DNA of 64,000 nt. Origin: Selaginella moellendorffii. Lineage: Eukaryota > Plantae > Lycopodiophyta. The notes under the pieces are model-generated. The model was not told where the DNA came from, ran no database searches, and worked only from the letters and a program-made list of their open reading frames with translations. Below, in pieces: positions 52,201-63,510 of the stretch. Positions within the stretch are counted from its first letter, which is position 1, and the number at the start of each line of letters is the position of its first letter. The stretch is taken from the NCBI RefSeq assembly GCF_000143415.4, contig NW_003314266.1, forward strand, positions 2,006,463 to 2,070,462, in the 5' to 3' direction. The translations under genes were made by a program, and so were the position numbers.

Positions 52201-53354
52201 ATATTAATATTTGTGGCTACTGTTAGCCTTGAAGAGTGTAGACATTCAGTTCCGAGAAAGCCTTGTTTACGTCTGGTGTGCATCGCTGCTTGCCTAAAAT
52301 GCTTTGTAATTTTCCTCTTCAAGTCCGAGTTTTATTTATTATAACATAAATCAAAAAGCTAGATTTTAGTTTCTCCACAATCTATTTAAGTCTATCAGTG
52401 AAAGTTCGAAACATTTCAGAGCATTTTGGAGCTAGTCAGCGTTTCCTTGCAATGTGGTGTTTCTATGTCTTACATCTCACTGGGATATAAAAGTTCATGT
52501 ACAGTTGAGCTGAGGAGCCGAGCAACCAAGTTGACTCATGACGAAACCTTAAACGAATTGTCACCTACAGTCATCGTCAACTAGCTCGGAAGCTCGACTT
52601 GGGACTGTATGATTCGACGATCATACAGCCAGATTGTGCTGATTCGGACAACAGGCTCGAGGGAACACTGAAACCAAGAGCACCAGTCAAACCTTTCACA
52701 AGCGTTGGTTCCATCAGGGACGGGCACGAGGACGACTTTGACAAGCAACTCCCACCAGCAAGCGCCTTACTAGCTCGGACTTGCCAGATATATCGTGAGC
52801 ATTCAAGAGGATATCTGTGGCAGCAAGACTATCCCTTGGCAGGATCGAAGGCAACGCTGCTGCAATCCTTTTTACTGATTGAAGGTCTATGTTTCTTTTT
52901 ACATGTCGCTACATTCGACTTACCTCATTGTCGCAGGCTGCGGATTTTGGAGTATTTGCTGGGGACTTTCCCCTTTCGTAACACAGAGCTTGTCAGTAAG
53001 TGAGGACGGTTGTACAAAGACTGGTGCATGGATCCGACTTGGAGGTAACCGCTTCTTTTCTTTGTGTTTCTTCGCATCACTGCCTATCCAGTTATTATCT
53101 GATTTGCTCCCCTGCAAAATATGGTGGAAAAACTGTCTGGAGCTAGTCGTTTGAAATTGGCCTTTTGACTCTGCTATCAAACTTTAAAATAAGTACCACC
53201 GAAAAAAATCTACCGCGTGAATGTGTGAGAAAGTATGGCATGATGCAACCCTGTGAGATGTAAGAAAAGAAAGTGAGTTCATAGAAATACCAGATTATCT
53301 TACATGATTTGCAATCATTTATGGCTAATCAAGCTCTAAAAGTAACGATCGTAA

Positions 53355-54110
53355 TTCAACAAACGTCATTATAGTTCTGCTTTAGTTTCTTGAAGTTGAG
53401 GCTCTTCAGATTTTCCGGTAAAGTATTCCCGGTTGCCTTGGCAAACTCCCTCAAAGCTTCAATGGTCTTCTCTTGTCGCACCTCAAGCATCTCTTGTCGC
53501 CAAACCATCGCAAAAACAATCTACAAGAATTTCATACGGAGACTGCAACATGTAGACATGAACTAGCCCCACATAGACAATTGCAGCACTTGATCCCACG
53601 ACTACAATGGTTTGTAATTTTGATCCCAACGGCGGAGTAGCGATAGCCACAACACTAGAACCAATGTAAAGCAACCAACTCATAATAGAGACCAGGATGA
53701 ACTTGAGCAAACCAACCCTGTCACACCAATCATCGGTTGTATTGTAAATAATCCAGAGAATACTATTAATACAAGTAGATTCACCAGTTTTGGACTTGTG
53801 ATAATTGTGGAACAGATACCGCTGGTGCCTCCAATAAGAAAGCCGTATGTGACAACTTTTTTTCAACCAAAGAAAACATAGGAAACAACTGGATGTAGGA
53901 GTTAGTCTCTAGAGAGATAAAGGAAAACAAAGCTTACATGATAGTAAAAGTAAATTGAAACCAACGCACACCCACCCCCCAGGCTCAGGCTCAGGGAGCC
54001 AATATACCGTAGCTACATAAATTCCATATGCACTGAAGCAGTGACTCACAAGATTCAGGCCTTGTAGATATCACCAAGAGCATACTCACCATTTGGGCTC
54101 AACAATCTCA
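53355..54110 (-). pseudogene. Degenerate LFG/TMBIM-like copy (paralog type of the 39.1 kb copy)
   Basis: PPLGSKLQTIVVVGSSAAIVYVGLVHVYMLQSPYE; frameshifts. Confidence 0.7.
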
Positions 54111-54715
54111 TGGTAACTTACAAATTCCTTTACATCCTCTTAAATTTGCATCAATCAAAAGTCCTTAAATAAAAAACATGCCGTCAAATGGCAAATAAGA
54201 CTTTCGAAGGCGCAAGGAAGAAAAAACTTTCCTAGAGTTTTTCAAAGCGATGAAGAGAAAGGTCGCGCACGAGCTTGTATCAAACGGCTTATCGTTCTAG
54301 ACCGATCGATCTGACGCTCTCCATCTCAGTCAACTGATGATCTTGATTGGTTTGAGTGAAAGGAAATTTATGGAAAGGATCAGGTGTGCTCGCATTATTC
54401 CTCCTCAACCTGGTCAAGATAAGCACTGGGCATAAATCACATCAGGCATGGGATGGAAACCAGCGAAGATTCAAGGACAGCGAGGTGGAGAATATCGCGA
54501 TTTCAGGACGAAGAAGGAAAAGAAGAGGGACTGGGTGCGGAGCAGCGATTCCATCTTCTTTGGGAATGAGTTTGGTGCTGCAAACTATGCCAAGCTTGGC
54601 TCGAAGGTTCATCCCTTGATCGATAGAAGCTTTCCTGATTTATGACTTCGTTCTCTTCTTCCTTCTAAGCTAGTTTTCACTGGGAGTTCCTCCCTTTCAA
54701 GCGAGCTCTAGAAAA

Positions 54716-55090
54716 ATGGGATCGATGCTCAGCCAAGACGTTCGACCCGGCGAGTCTTTGATTTTCTCGTTTGATCCATATCTCCACTACATATGGAAGG
54801 ATTCGTCTCAGGCTTTGCAGTTGGATTCTCGTCCGTGTGGCAACTTATGCTCGTCTCTCTTGCTGTTGTTCCCGGCATCGCTCTCGCGTGTGGATGGTGC
54901 ACATAGGACCAAAACAGGTCCAAACTTTGATCTTCCTTCCAGAGAGTCTTATTCGATAAGCCTTGGATTCTTACGCTCGAGCGCTGGAAACGACGCTGGA
55001 GACTGCAGTTCTTCCAGATCTGTTGGAAACGCTGCTCCCAGTCTGGCTGCATTCAGCCAGGCCGAGCTGCCGGATACACCATCCTGGAGC
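54716..55090 (+). pseudogene. ABCB fragment, inverted copy of the 38.3-38.6 kb piece
   Basis: [16 protein letters not shown]...AVVPGIALA; AAPSLAAFS. Confidence 0.78.
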
Positions 55091-56025
55091 CTCGGCAAAC
55101 TCCCTCAAAGCTTCAATAGCCTTCTCTTGTCACACCTCAAGCAGCTTGTTGGCATCCTCTCTTGTCGCCAAACCATCGCAAGAACAATCTACAAGAATTT
55201 CATATGGCCTCCATCTTTATCCGAACATCTTTATCTTTGTCCTTGAATCTTCGCCGGTTTCCGTCCCATGCCTGATGTGATTTATGTATCTTGACCAGGT
55301 TGAGGAGGTCAACGAGGAATAATGCGAGCACACTCAACCAGTCAAACCAACCCGTCATACCAGTCGTCGGGTAAGGAATACTCTTGAGAAAAATATTCAC
55401 ACAAGATATCCAAGGCCAGGCTGGTTTTCATGAAAGAAAACAATCGGAAGTGAATATTTTGTCGAAAAGCTCTGGAAAGTCCGAGCTAGTAAGCCTCTTG
55501 CTGGTGGGAGTTGCCTGTCAAAATCGTTGGCTACGGGATCGTTTGGTCATGCTGAGTCCTCGTGATCGTCCCTCATGGAACCAACGCCTGTGAAAGGTAT
55601 TGACTGGTGCTCTTGGTTTCAGTGTTCCCTCGAGCCTGTTGTCCGAATCAGCACAATCTGGCTGTATGATCGTCGAATCATACGGTCCCAGGTCGAGTGA
55701 CGATGACTGTAGGTGATTTGTTTAAGGTTTCGTCATGAGTCAACTTGGTTGCTCGGCTCATGAACTTTTATATCCCTGTGAGATGTAAGACATAGATTGC
55801 AAGGAACGATGACTAGCTCCAAAATGCTCTGAAAAGTTTCAAAGTTTCACCTGAATGTCTACAACACTAACGATAGATTTAAATAGATTGTATACAGAGA
55901 ACACTAAAATCTAGCTTTTTGATTGGCCACCACGCTAGCTGAAATAATAAATAAAACTCGGACTTGAAGAGGACGTGTAAAGAAGGCTTTCTCGGAACTG
56001 AATCTCTACACTCTTTTTAAGTCTA

Positions 56026-56863
56026 TCAGTAGCGACAAATATTCGGTGCCTTGAGGCTCTTGAGATTTTCTGGTAAGGTATTCCCTGTTGCCTCGGCAAA
56101 CTCCCTCAAGGCTTGAATGGCCTTCTCTTGTCGCACGGCATGCCGCTTGTCCTTATCAACTGTATCCACTGGTTGCAGCCTTGCCAAACCATCGCAGCAG
56201 CCCTCTAGAGCTTCACTTGGAGACTGCAACATGTAGTGACGAAGCAGACTGGCGTAGACAATTGCAGCGCTGCATCCCAAGAGTACAGTGGCTTGTGCTT
56301 TCCATCCCAGCGGTGGAGCAGCCGTGGCCACAACACAAGAACCGATGTAAAGCAGACACCTTGTGGTGAAAATCACGGTCATGACGAACCAACTGGCCCC
56401 GTCGTACCAATCGTCAGGAGCCAGTTGTATTGCCGGAGTGTAGAATCCACAGAAAAATATTAGCCCCAGTGGGATCACCACCCTTGGATCTGTGCTCATT
56501 GTGGAAAGGATACCACTGATGCCTCCAACAAGAAAACCATATGTAACGGGTTTCTTTCGACCAAAGAGGGCATACAGAAGCGCTGGAGGGAGGGACCTCT
56601 TGTTAGATAATAAAAAGAGAAAATAAACACAAAAGCTTACCTGTGAAGAATGTAATCACTATGAAAGCAAGGCATCCCACTTCTGCAGATAACTGAGGGG
56701 GCCAATGTATGGTAGCTACATAAAATCCATATAGAGTGAAGCAGTGATTCACAAGAATCATCAAGAACTGGCGCCATATAATCCAGTGGCGTCTAAGATC
56801 CCAGGCCTTGTAGATATCACCAAGCGCATACTCACCATTTGGGCTCAACAATCCCTGCTCCAT
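56026..56863 (-). CDS. Divergent Lifeguard/TMBIM-like membrane protein, 259 aa; exons 56641-56863 and 56026-56582
   Basis: Near-identical inverted copy of 51375-52200; open 780-nt CDS with altered last residues. Confidence 0.7.
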
Positions 56864-57355
56864 GGTAGGAAACCTAGAAATTCCCTTTCCCCAAACCCTC
56901 TCTCAAGAGCACCTAGACCGTTTCATCCAACGGCTGTTCTTTTGGGATATGGGATAAGATCCCAGTTATATATGGTCCGATCCCGATACATGGGCTGGAT
57001 TTAGTGGTCTCTGCCGAGCACTATTCCGCGATTGCTCCTCTGGCAACGTAAGCGCATTCTACGGTTCACTGGCTCGCAGTTTTGATCGCTCCCTTTCCCT
57101 CCGTTTTGCGGAGCTCAGCAGCAAGGTAAGCGCCCTGGCAGTGGCTCAAGGGCTCATGGTTTTGATTCCCAGCTGCAAGCTTGATGGGGCCGTGTGGTCG
57201 GGTCGGCATCATCTTTTTCCCCACGAACAGGTGATCTAGTGTCCAAAGCCTCTGCAAGTCCTTGTTTTCTAATGTTCACTGTGTTTACAGCTTCAGATTG
57301 CAGAGAGATCGATTACTCTCCTGGGAGGAAGACTGAATGGCAACCGGATTGTAAT

Positions 57356-58330
57356 TGTAGGAATAATGATGAACATGACAAGCAAGATGATTCATATCAG
57401 AAGCAGTCCGAATCGTGATCAGATCTCTGGTGATTTTTGATTTGATTGAAGTTGTATATATATACAACCATACATGAATCAAAAGTGAAATCTGTTGTTC
57501 TTGCTCCGCTTTTCTTTCATGGTATCGGAGCTCAGTTTCTGAATTCTTTCTTCTCCTTTCTTTGTGCCTCACATCATGAGCTGCAGCAAAGTTGGATTGA
57601 TCTTGCTTCAGGGAGTCACTGCCTTTGATGGGAGGAGAGGGTTCAACACCTGGTCTGAGAAAATGATGTGCGTGCTGCAGATGGAAGAACTCTGGGAAAT
57701 CGTTTCACCACCGACGATCGCTGCAGATGCTCATACATGGTGAGCCCCTGCTGCATTTGGAGCTTCAACTTCGGTGGAAGGAGAAGTCGTGGATGAAGAG
57801 GCAATTCGTGCCTCTGTTGCATCAGCTCGACAATAGCTTGATCCTGGGGAACAAGCTGTGCTGGAGATGAAGGAATCTTGAGTAAAAGGATTGATTCTTT
57901 CTAAGCTTGTAGATGCCTTTATGATGCGTTTGTGTCATAAGAGTGCTTGTGAGATCTGGGCTCATTTTCACAACAAGTATGTTGTTCTTTCCCTCTCCAA
58001 GATCAGCATGGTCGAGACTTGCGTTCCTGAGACTCGTTTTCATCCAGGCGAGAACTTTGAAGAGTTCCTTGCCAAGATGCAAGATCTGTGAATGGAGCTT
58101 GAAGGCAGTTTAGCGGCGTTCAACGAAAGCAAGAAAGTTCTGGTGCTTTGCGAGGCCATGCAAGATTCTTCTTTTAGTTCTTTCGTCTCTACCATTCGCA
58201 TGATGTTGCTCAACTTTGAACAAGCTGAGCAAACTTTACACTTGGAGCTGGCTGCGAGAGGTTTGATTGTGGACTTTGATCAAAGGCCTTCCCATGTTTT
58301 GATCTCACAGTCTACATCAGAAAAGAAAGG
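57356..58330 (+). mobile_element. Truncated Ty1/copia element: 164-bp LTR, iMet PBS, decayed gag
   Basis: TGTAGG...TTTCA 57356-57519; TGGTATCGGAGC 57520-57531; gag FDGRRGFNTWSEKMMCVLQMEELWEIV and SACEIW...ENFEEFLAKMQDL. Confidence 0.85.
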
Positions 58331-58451
58331 AAAGAATGCACATTGAATTGAATCCTTGTCTAAGTAACTAGGAGTACGCTACTTCCGTCTCGACAGGGAC
58401 AACCCGATGGTAGCTGTGGTCGCTGGTGCCCGAGGACATTGTGGGACAGGC

Positions 58452-59717
58452 CAGGCACTGATACGTTGGCGACCTTTAAACTGCATCATCGCTTGGAGCA
58501 GCTCCCAGCCAGCTCCTCCGTCCAGAATCTCGAAGCCACGTTGAACGCCCGGATTTCGCCGAGCGTCCACCAAGTTTCTCCACGCAACTAAGTCGTGATT
58601 CATGCGCTTCATTGAACTGGATGAGAGCACTATCGCTTCTCAGTTTCGAAAACACCTGCCATTGATAGATGTATCAGCTGGACTTACCATTTGCAAGAAC
58701 ATCAATCCGAGGCTGTAGCGGTCTTGCAGGTTTAGCTGTAAGGATCAAAGTTCGTGATCTGTCACAGAAAATATTGACTGGTATAAACCTGCCATAGAAC
58801 TGGAGAGAGTGCTGTTGCAATGACAGGCGATGGAGCGGAGGGAGTCTGAGTGCTCATAACGTACAGCTCTGGTGCAGCGTACCTTGAACATAGAAAAAAT
58901 GTCAGGAAACTTTCTGTACGCGAAGTTGAAAAGAAATTACAACTCACACCTTGGATCCAGTAGGAACTCTTGCGGAATGTAGTCGATGCCAAGTAGCAAG
59001 TCCTCACCGACCGAGATCAATAATCTTGAAGGACTTCGACTCTACAAAACATCCAACTGTTAAGAAACAACGACTACATATCTACAAGCTTACCGTCAGA
59101 AAGATGAATCCCAGGCCCCCTCAAACATTTTAATAGCTCCATCTGGAATTCTCGCTCGGCACCTTTGGCAAGCTGTGTAGTCTTCAAGCTCAACGCCTTC
59201 TCAACCTGTCTGTCGCGATTTGAGATTTTCTGCATGAAACCGAAAACTCACTAACATTGTAAGGAAAATCCTTGCTACTCATGAAGTTTACGAGAGGCAC
59301 CACACCTTCGTAACGCCACACAAGCAAAAACTCCTCCTTCGGATTGACTCTCTAGAACCAAAGATATATGAAACACCAGAGAGAAAGAGAGGGATCAGCA
59401 AACCATCGTAAATCCGTCATCGAGAAAAATCAAAGAACAAAACCCACGCACCTTCTTTTGAGGATTTCGCAAACGATCCTTTGTAGACGGATGGATCCAA
59501 ACGCTCCTCCTCCACTGTTCTTCTCCAGGACAAAGTCATCCTGGACGAAACGAACACCTCGCTTCAATAGAACTTCAGTAAAGAAAAACGAAATACCTTC
59601 GTCTAAGAAGGCCTGAGCCTGAACTGGATTTGGGCAGAGTGCTCCCGTGCAAGGCAACAACCCCGATCACAATACCGTGGAATGCATCCATCCAATCCAT
59701 TCCTGCTACCGCGACTA
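58452..59717 (-). pseudogene. STN7: STN7-like pseudogene, copy C
   Basis: Inverted copy of B; keeps SFKIIDLG...GIDYIPQEFLLDP. Confidence 0.88.
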
Positions 59718-60992
59718 GGGCACTAGATATCGCTGTGAGATGTAAGAAAAACATAGAAATACCAGGAACGATGACTAGCTCCAAAAATGCTCTGAAAAGT
59801 TTCTCCATCACATCTTGCAAATAAGCAGATGTTAATGCAAACAAACGAGTGTAAGAGAAGCGGTTACCTACAAGACGGATCTCTTCCTTTTTGCTACATT
59901 CGACTTAGCTCATTGTCGCAGCTGTTTCTCCTTTCCCTTAACGTCCGAGCTTGTCTGTAACAAACTTCACAGAGTCTGCTCCAAAATCTTCGAAAAGAAT
60001 TGCAACAGCGTTGAAAGTCGTCTTGCTGACACAGATGTCCTCTTGAATACTTGCAATAGGTGGCACTCAAGCAACTGAAGAGGATACACAAAAGGATCCC
60101 GTAGCCACCGATCTGGACAAGCACTCGAGCTTTAGTTCCATCAGCACGGACATGGACGAACTTGCTTGAGTCGTAATGGTCAGACGTTGATAAGTGTGCC
60201 CGCGAGCTCAGCACAATGGTCGTCCAGACCCGTCGACTCCTTTCGGACAGTCTCAAGTTGCTTTCCCGGTGAGTGTAGGTGCCGAGGATTCGTTTGAAGC
60301 CCAACTGCGACAACAACATAGTGTCAGCTTGCTCCAATCCAGTGTTAATCCAAAAACACATCTTTGCATGCTGTGGAAAACAAGTCCGAGGGATCCCGAT
60401 TCGAGTCCACTGGTAAAGAAAAGGAAAACCGTTCACAGCTATTTCATGAGGACCTATTTGTACTTACGCAGTGAATTTGGTTCATGTGCATCAGCCTCCA
60501 TCTTTATCCGAACACGAACACAAACTCTCATGATCTCCAGATAATCCTGGAAACAAAGAAAACAATCGGAAGTGAATATTTTTCTCAAGAGTATTCCTTA
60601 CCCGAGCCGTTATGTCTGCCTACATGGAAAAACGAATGGGCAGGCGACTACTCTACCTTCTCAGCTATGGCAAAGCCACTGGTCCACTTGACGAGCGTTC
60701 CGATTCCTGCGACATGGACAGCAGAATGGGATAAGTAAAAACTATCCTGTAGCTTATCCATCTCCATCCGAGCTTTGACAGTTACTTGGTTTCCTCCGAT
60801 TCATTTCAACAGTTTGGCCACGTTACAGAACCGATTCATGCGAGATCTTACGTGGCAGTGTGCGTCAAGACTTCGTTCGTTTTATTCTCGCGTGAACTCT
60901 ACGGGACGCGTAGAGTTCCAAAAAAACGACAAGCTCTACATTCTGTAGAGAAAAAAAGTGTGACGCAAGTGAGCTGAGAAGTAAGCATGATG

Positions 60993-61867
60993 TCAAAGCA
61001 TCCTCTCTTTCACCGAGAGGATGGAGAGGGCTCCAGCTAGCACAGCTGCTGAAATGCTAGCAGCCTACATACAAAAGCTCATAGCTTAGTTGGAGTACGA
61101 AAGAACGAATACTTACACGCATGGTTTTCTTTTTTGCCATATGGGTGTAAGCAGCCCACAGGATGTTACACGCCGTCGCCATCAGTGGAACGAGAGGAGA
61201 CCCTGTGGCTTTGCTGGTATTGCTGATCATCGTCACCTGCATCACAAAAAGAAAACTCTCAAGAAGCCACTGCAAAAAAATACACAATCTTACAGCACGA
61301 AAGCACAGCGGCACCCCTGAGGCAAGGACAGTGGTGGTGATACCAAAAAAGTCCATGACCGTGAGTTCGCAGCAGCACACTTTCTCCTTTTTGAAGTTCC
61401 CGTACAACCCGTAGAGAAAAACGTAGTAAGCCACTGCAACAAGAAGCGGCCACACGAATGAACCACCCAGCGCAGGCCACCAGGTAACATCGCCGACAGT
61501 ATGCACGGTAAACATGAGCCCTGTTACGAGCCCAAGGAGGTTCACGTTCTCGACCACCACATCTTGTTCAATTCGGCCATACACAAACCAGCTTATGCAG
61601 TTCAAAGCTGCAAAAAAAATTTTATAAACATTAGTGAATGAAAGATTAAAAAAAAAAGCAATTACTCGAAGTGCCATATAATATGGCTAGTTGAGTCCCC
61701 GGGAGTAACGCTGTTTTCGCGAGGAAAACCGGCAAAACGTACAGAATTACCGATGCAAGGACAGCTGAGATCTACAAAAGCAAAAACAAAAACATGAAAC
61801 AAAAAAAACAAAAACATGAAACAAAAAAAAACAAAACTTGCAAAATCACCTTGAATGCCTTTTCCAT
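60993..61867 (-). CDS. Divergent SWEET-like transporter, second copy (5 exons)
   Basis: Same splice sites as 46995-47855; ATG at 61867, TGA at 60993; mostly synonymous differences in the N-terminal half. Confidence 0.73.
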
Positions 61868-63510
61868 CAGCGTCTCCTGGTGGCGCTCGTCCTGGTGCTG
61901 ATCACATCAAATCCATACAAAAGAAATCAAGGTGCTTTTTACCTGGTCTCGCTCTGGCGCGTTCTGCTGGCGCTGGTGTGGTACGACGTGGTGCTGATGT
62001 GGCACAACGTGGAGCTGACGTGGCAACCACAAATGAGACAATGGGGAATAAAGAAATGCTTTACCTCGTCCTGGAGACTCGCTGTCGCGTCCGGGAGACT
62101 GGCTATCGCGTCCACGACTGGCTCGGAGACTACGATCAAAGGCTCCTAAACCAGAGATTGTTAAAAGTAATGGGATGCCAGGATTCTTACCTCGAGAGAC
62201 GCCATTCCTCCGCTTGCTCCCGGAAAACCCTAGGGAACAGTGAAAAGGGTTCGAAGTTTTATTTATTCGGGCTCACAAAATCTGTGTAGACTTGAATCTG
62301 GTAGCTGCTGGTCAGGCCAGGATGGATAGAGCTCAATGCTTCCTTAGATCATTTCCTGCTAGCTGCTGGTCAGGCCAGGATGGATAGAGGTCGATGCTTC
62401 CTTAGATCGTTTCTTACCTGAGCTATACCAGATGCTAGCTGGATGGTTTCCAATTTATCATCTCCAGGATGGGGTCTGGCCTTTGCCAAAAGCAGCAAGA
62501 TCTGGAGCAGCTTTCCAAAAGATCTGGAAGAAAAAAGTGAACAAAAAAAAGACTTTTGAGATGATGGAACCAAACTTACAGCCCCCAGAGGATGGTGTTG
62601 AAAACGTCCATGCGTTCCACTCCTTTTTCAAATCTCCAGCGTGGGTTCCAGAGCTGGAATCCTCCTGAACGAATAAGTAGACAGTTTTTTAACTTGCTGG
62701 AAGCAAGAACTTTAGCTTTCAAAGTTTCCAAAAACTTTGATCACCTGCGCACCAATGTTTCCAAGGCCTTTTGGTTATTCGTCGTGAGTCCTAAGTGATA
62801 ATCCACAGCAGGCGAAACACGGACGAGAATTCAACTGCAAAGCCTAGTCTCCAGATCAACCGAAGAAAGACTTTAGCCTTTTGATGTGAGGGATTGTCGC
62901 TCGGCTCTGAGAAGAACTTTTAGAGCTCGCTCAAAAGGAGAAGGAACTGATGGAGTAAAGAGAGGAAGAAGAAAGTACCTTGTCAACGCCATGGCCGAGG
63001 TCCAAACTCATCGATGAACTGGAGTGATTACAATCCGTTTGCCATTCAGTCTTCCTCCCGGGAGAGTAATCGATCTCTCTGCAATCTGAAGCTAAAAACA
63101 GTGAACATTAGAAAACAAGGACTTGCGGAGGCTTTGGACACTAGATCACCTGTTCGTGGGGAAAAAGATGATCCCGACCCGACCACACGGCGCCATCAAG
63201 CTTGCAGCTGGGAATCAAAACCATGAGCCATTGAGCCACTGCCAAGTGCCAAGGCGCTTACCTTGCGGGAGCTTCTGCTGCTGAGCTCTTGAAAATGGAG
63301 GGTAAGGGAGCGATCAAAACTGTGAGCCAGTGAACCGTAGAATGCGCTTACCTTGCCAGAGGAGCAATCGCGGACGGCCCTAAGGATCATCATTTGCTGA
63401 CATAGCCATATGCTCGGCAGAGAATCCAGCCCATGTGGATATGGATACGATCGTATATCGTATATTGGATCGGACTGTATATAACTGCATATCCCAAAAG
63501 AACGGGTAAC

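Larger units (their letters stand above)
38250..55060. repeat. Inverted segmental duplication IR-2: ~38250-42830 versus ~50740-55060
   Basis: Paired landmarks 38336/54963, 40171/52879, 42273/51375 and 42802/50760 in opposite orientation. Confidence 0.85.
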
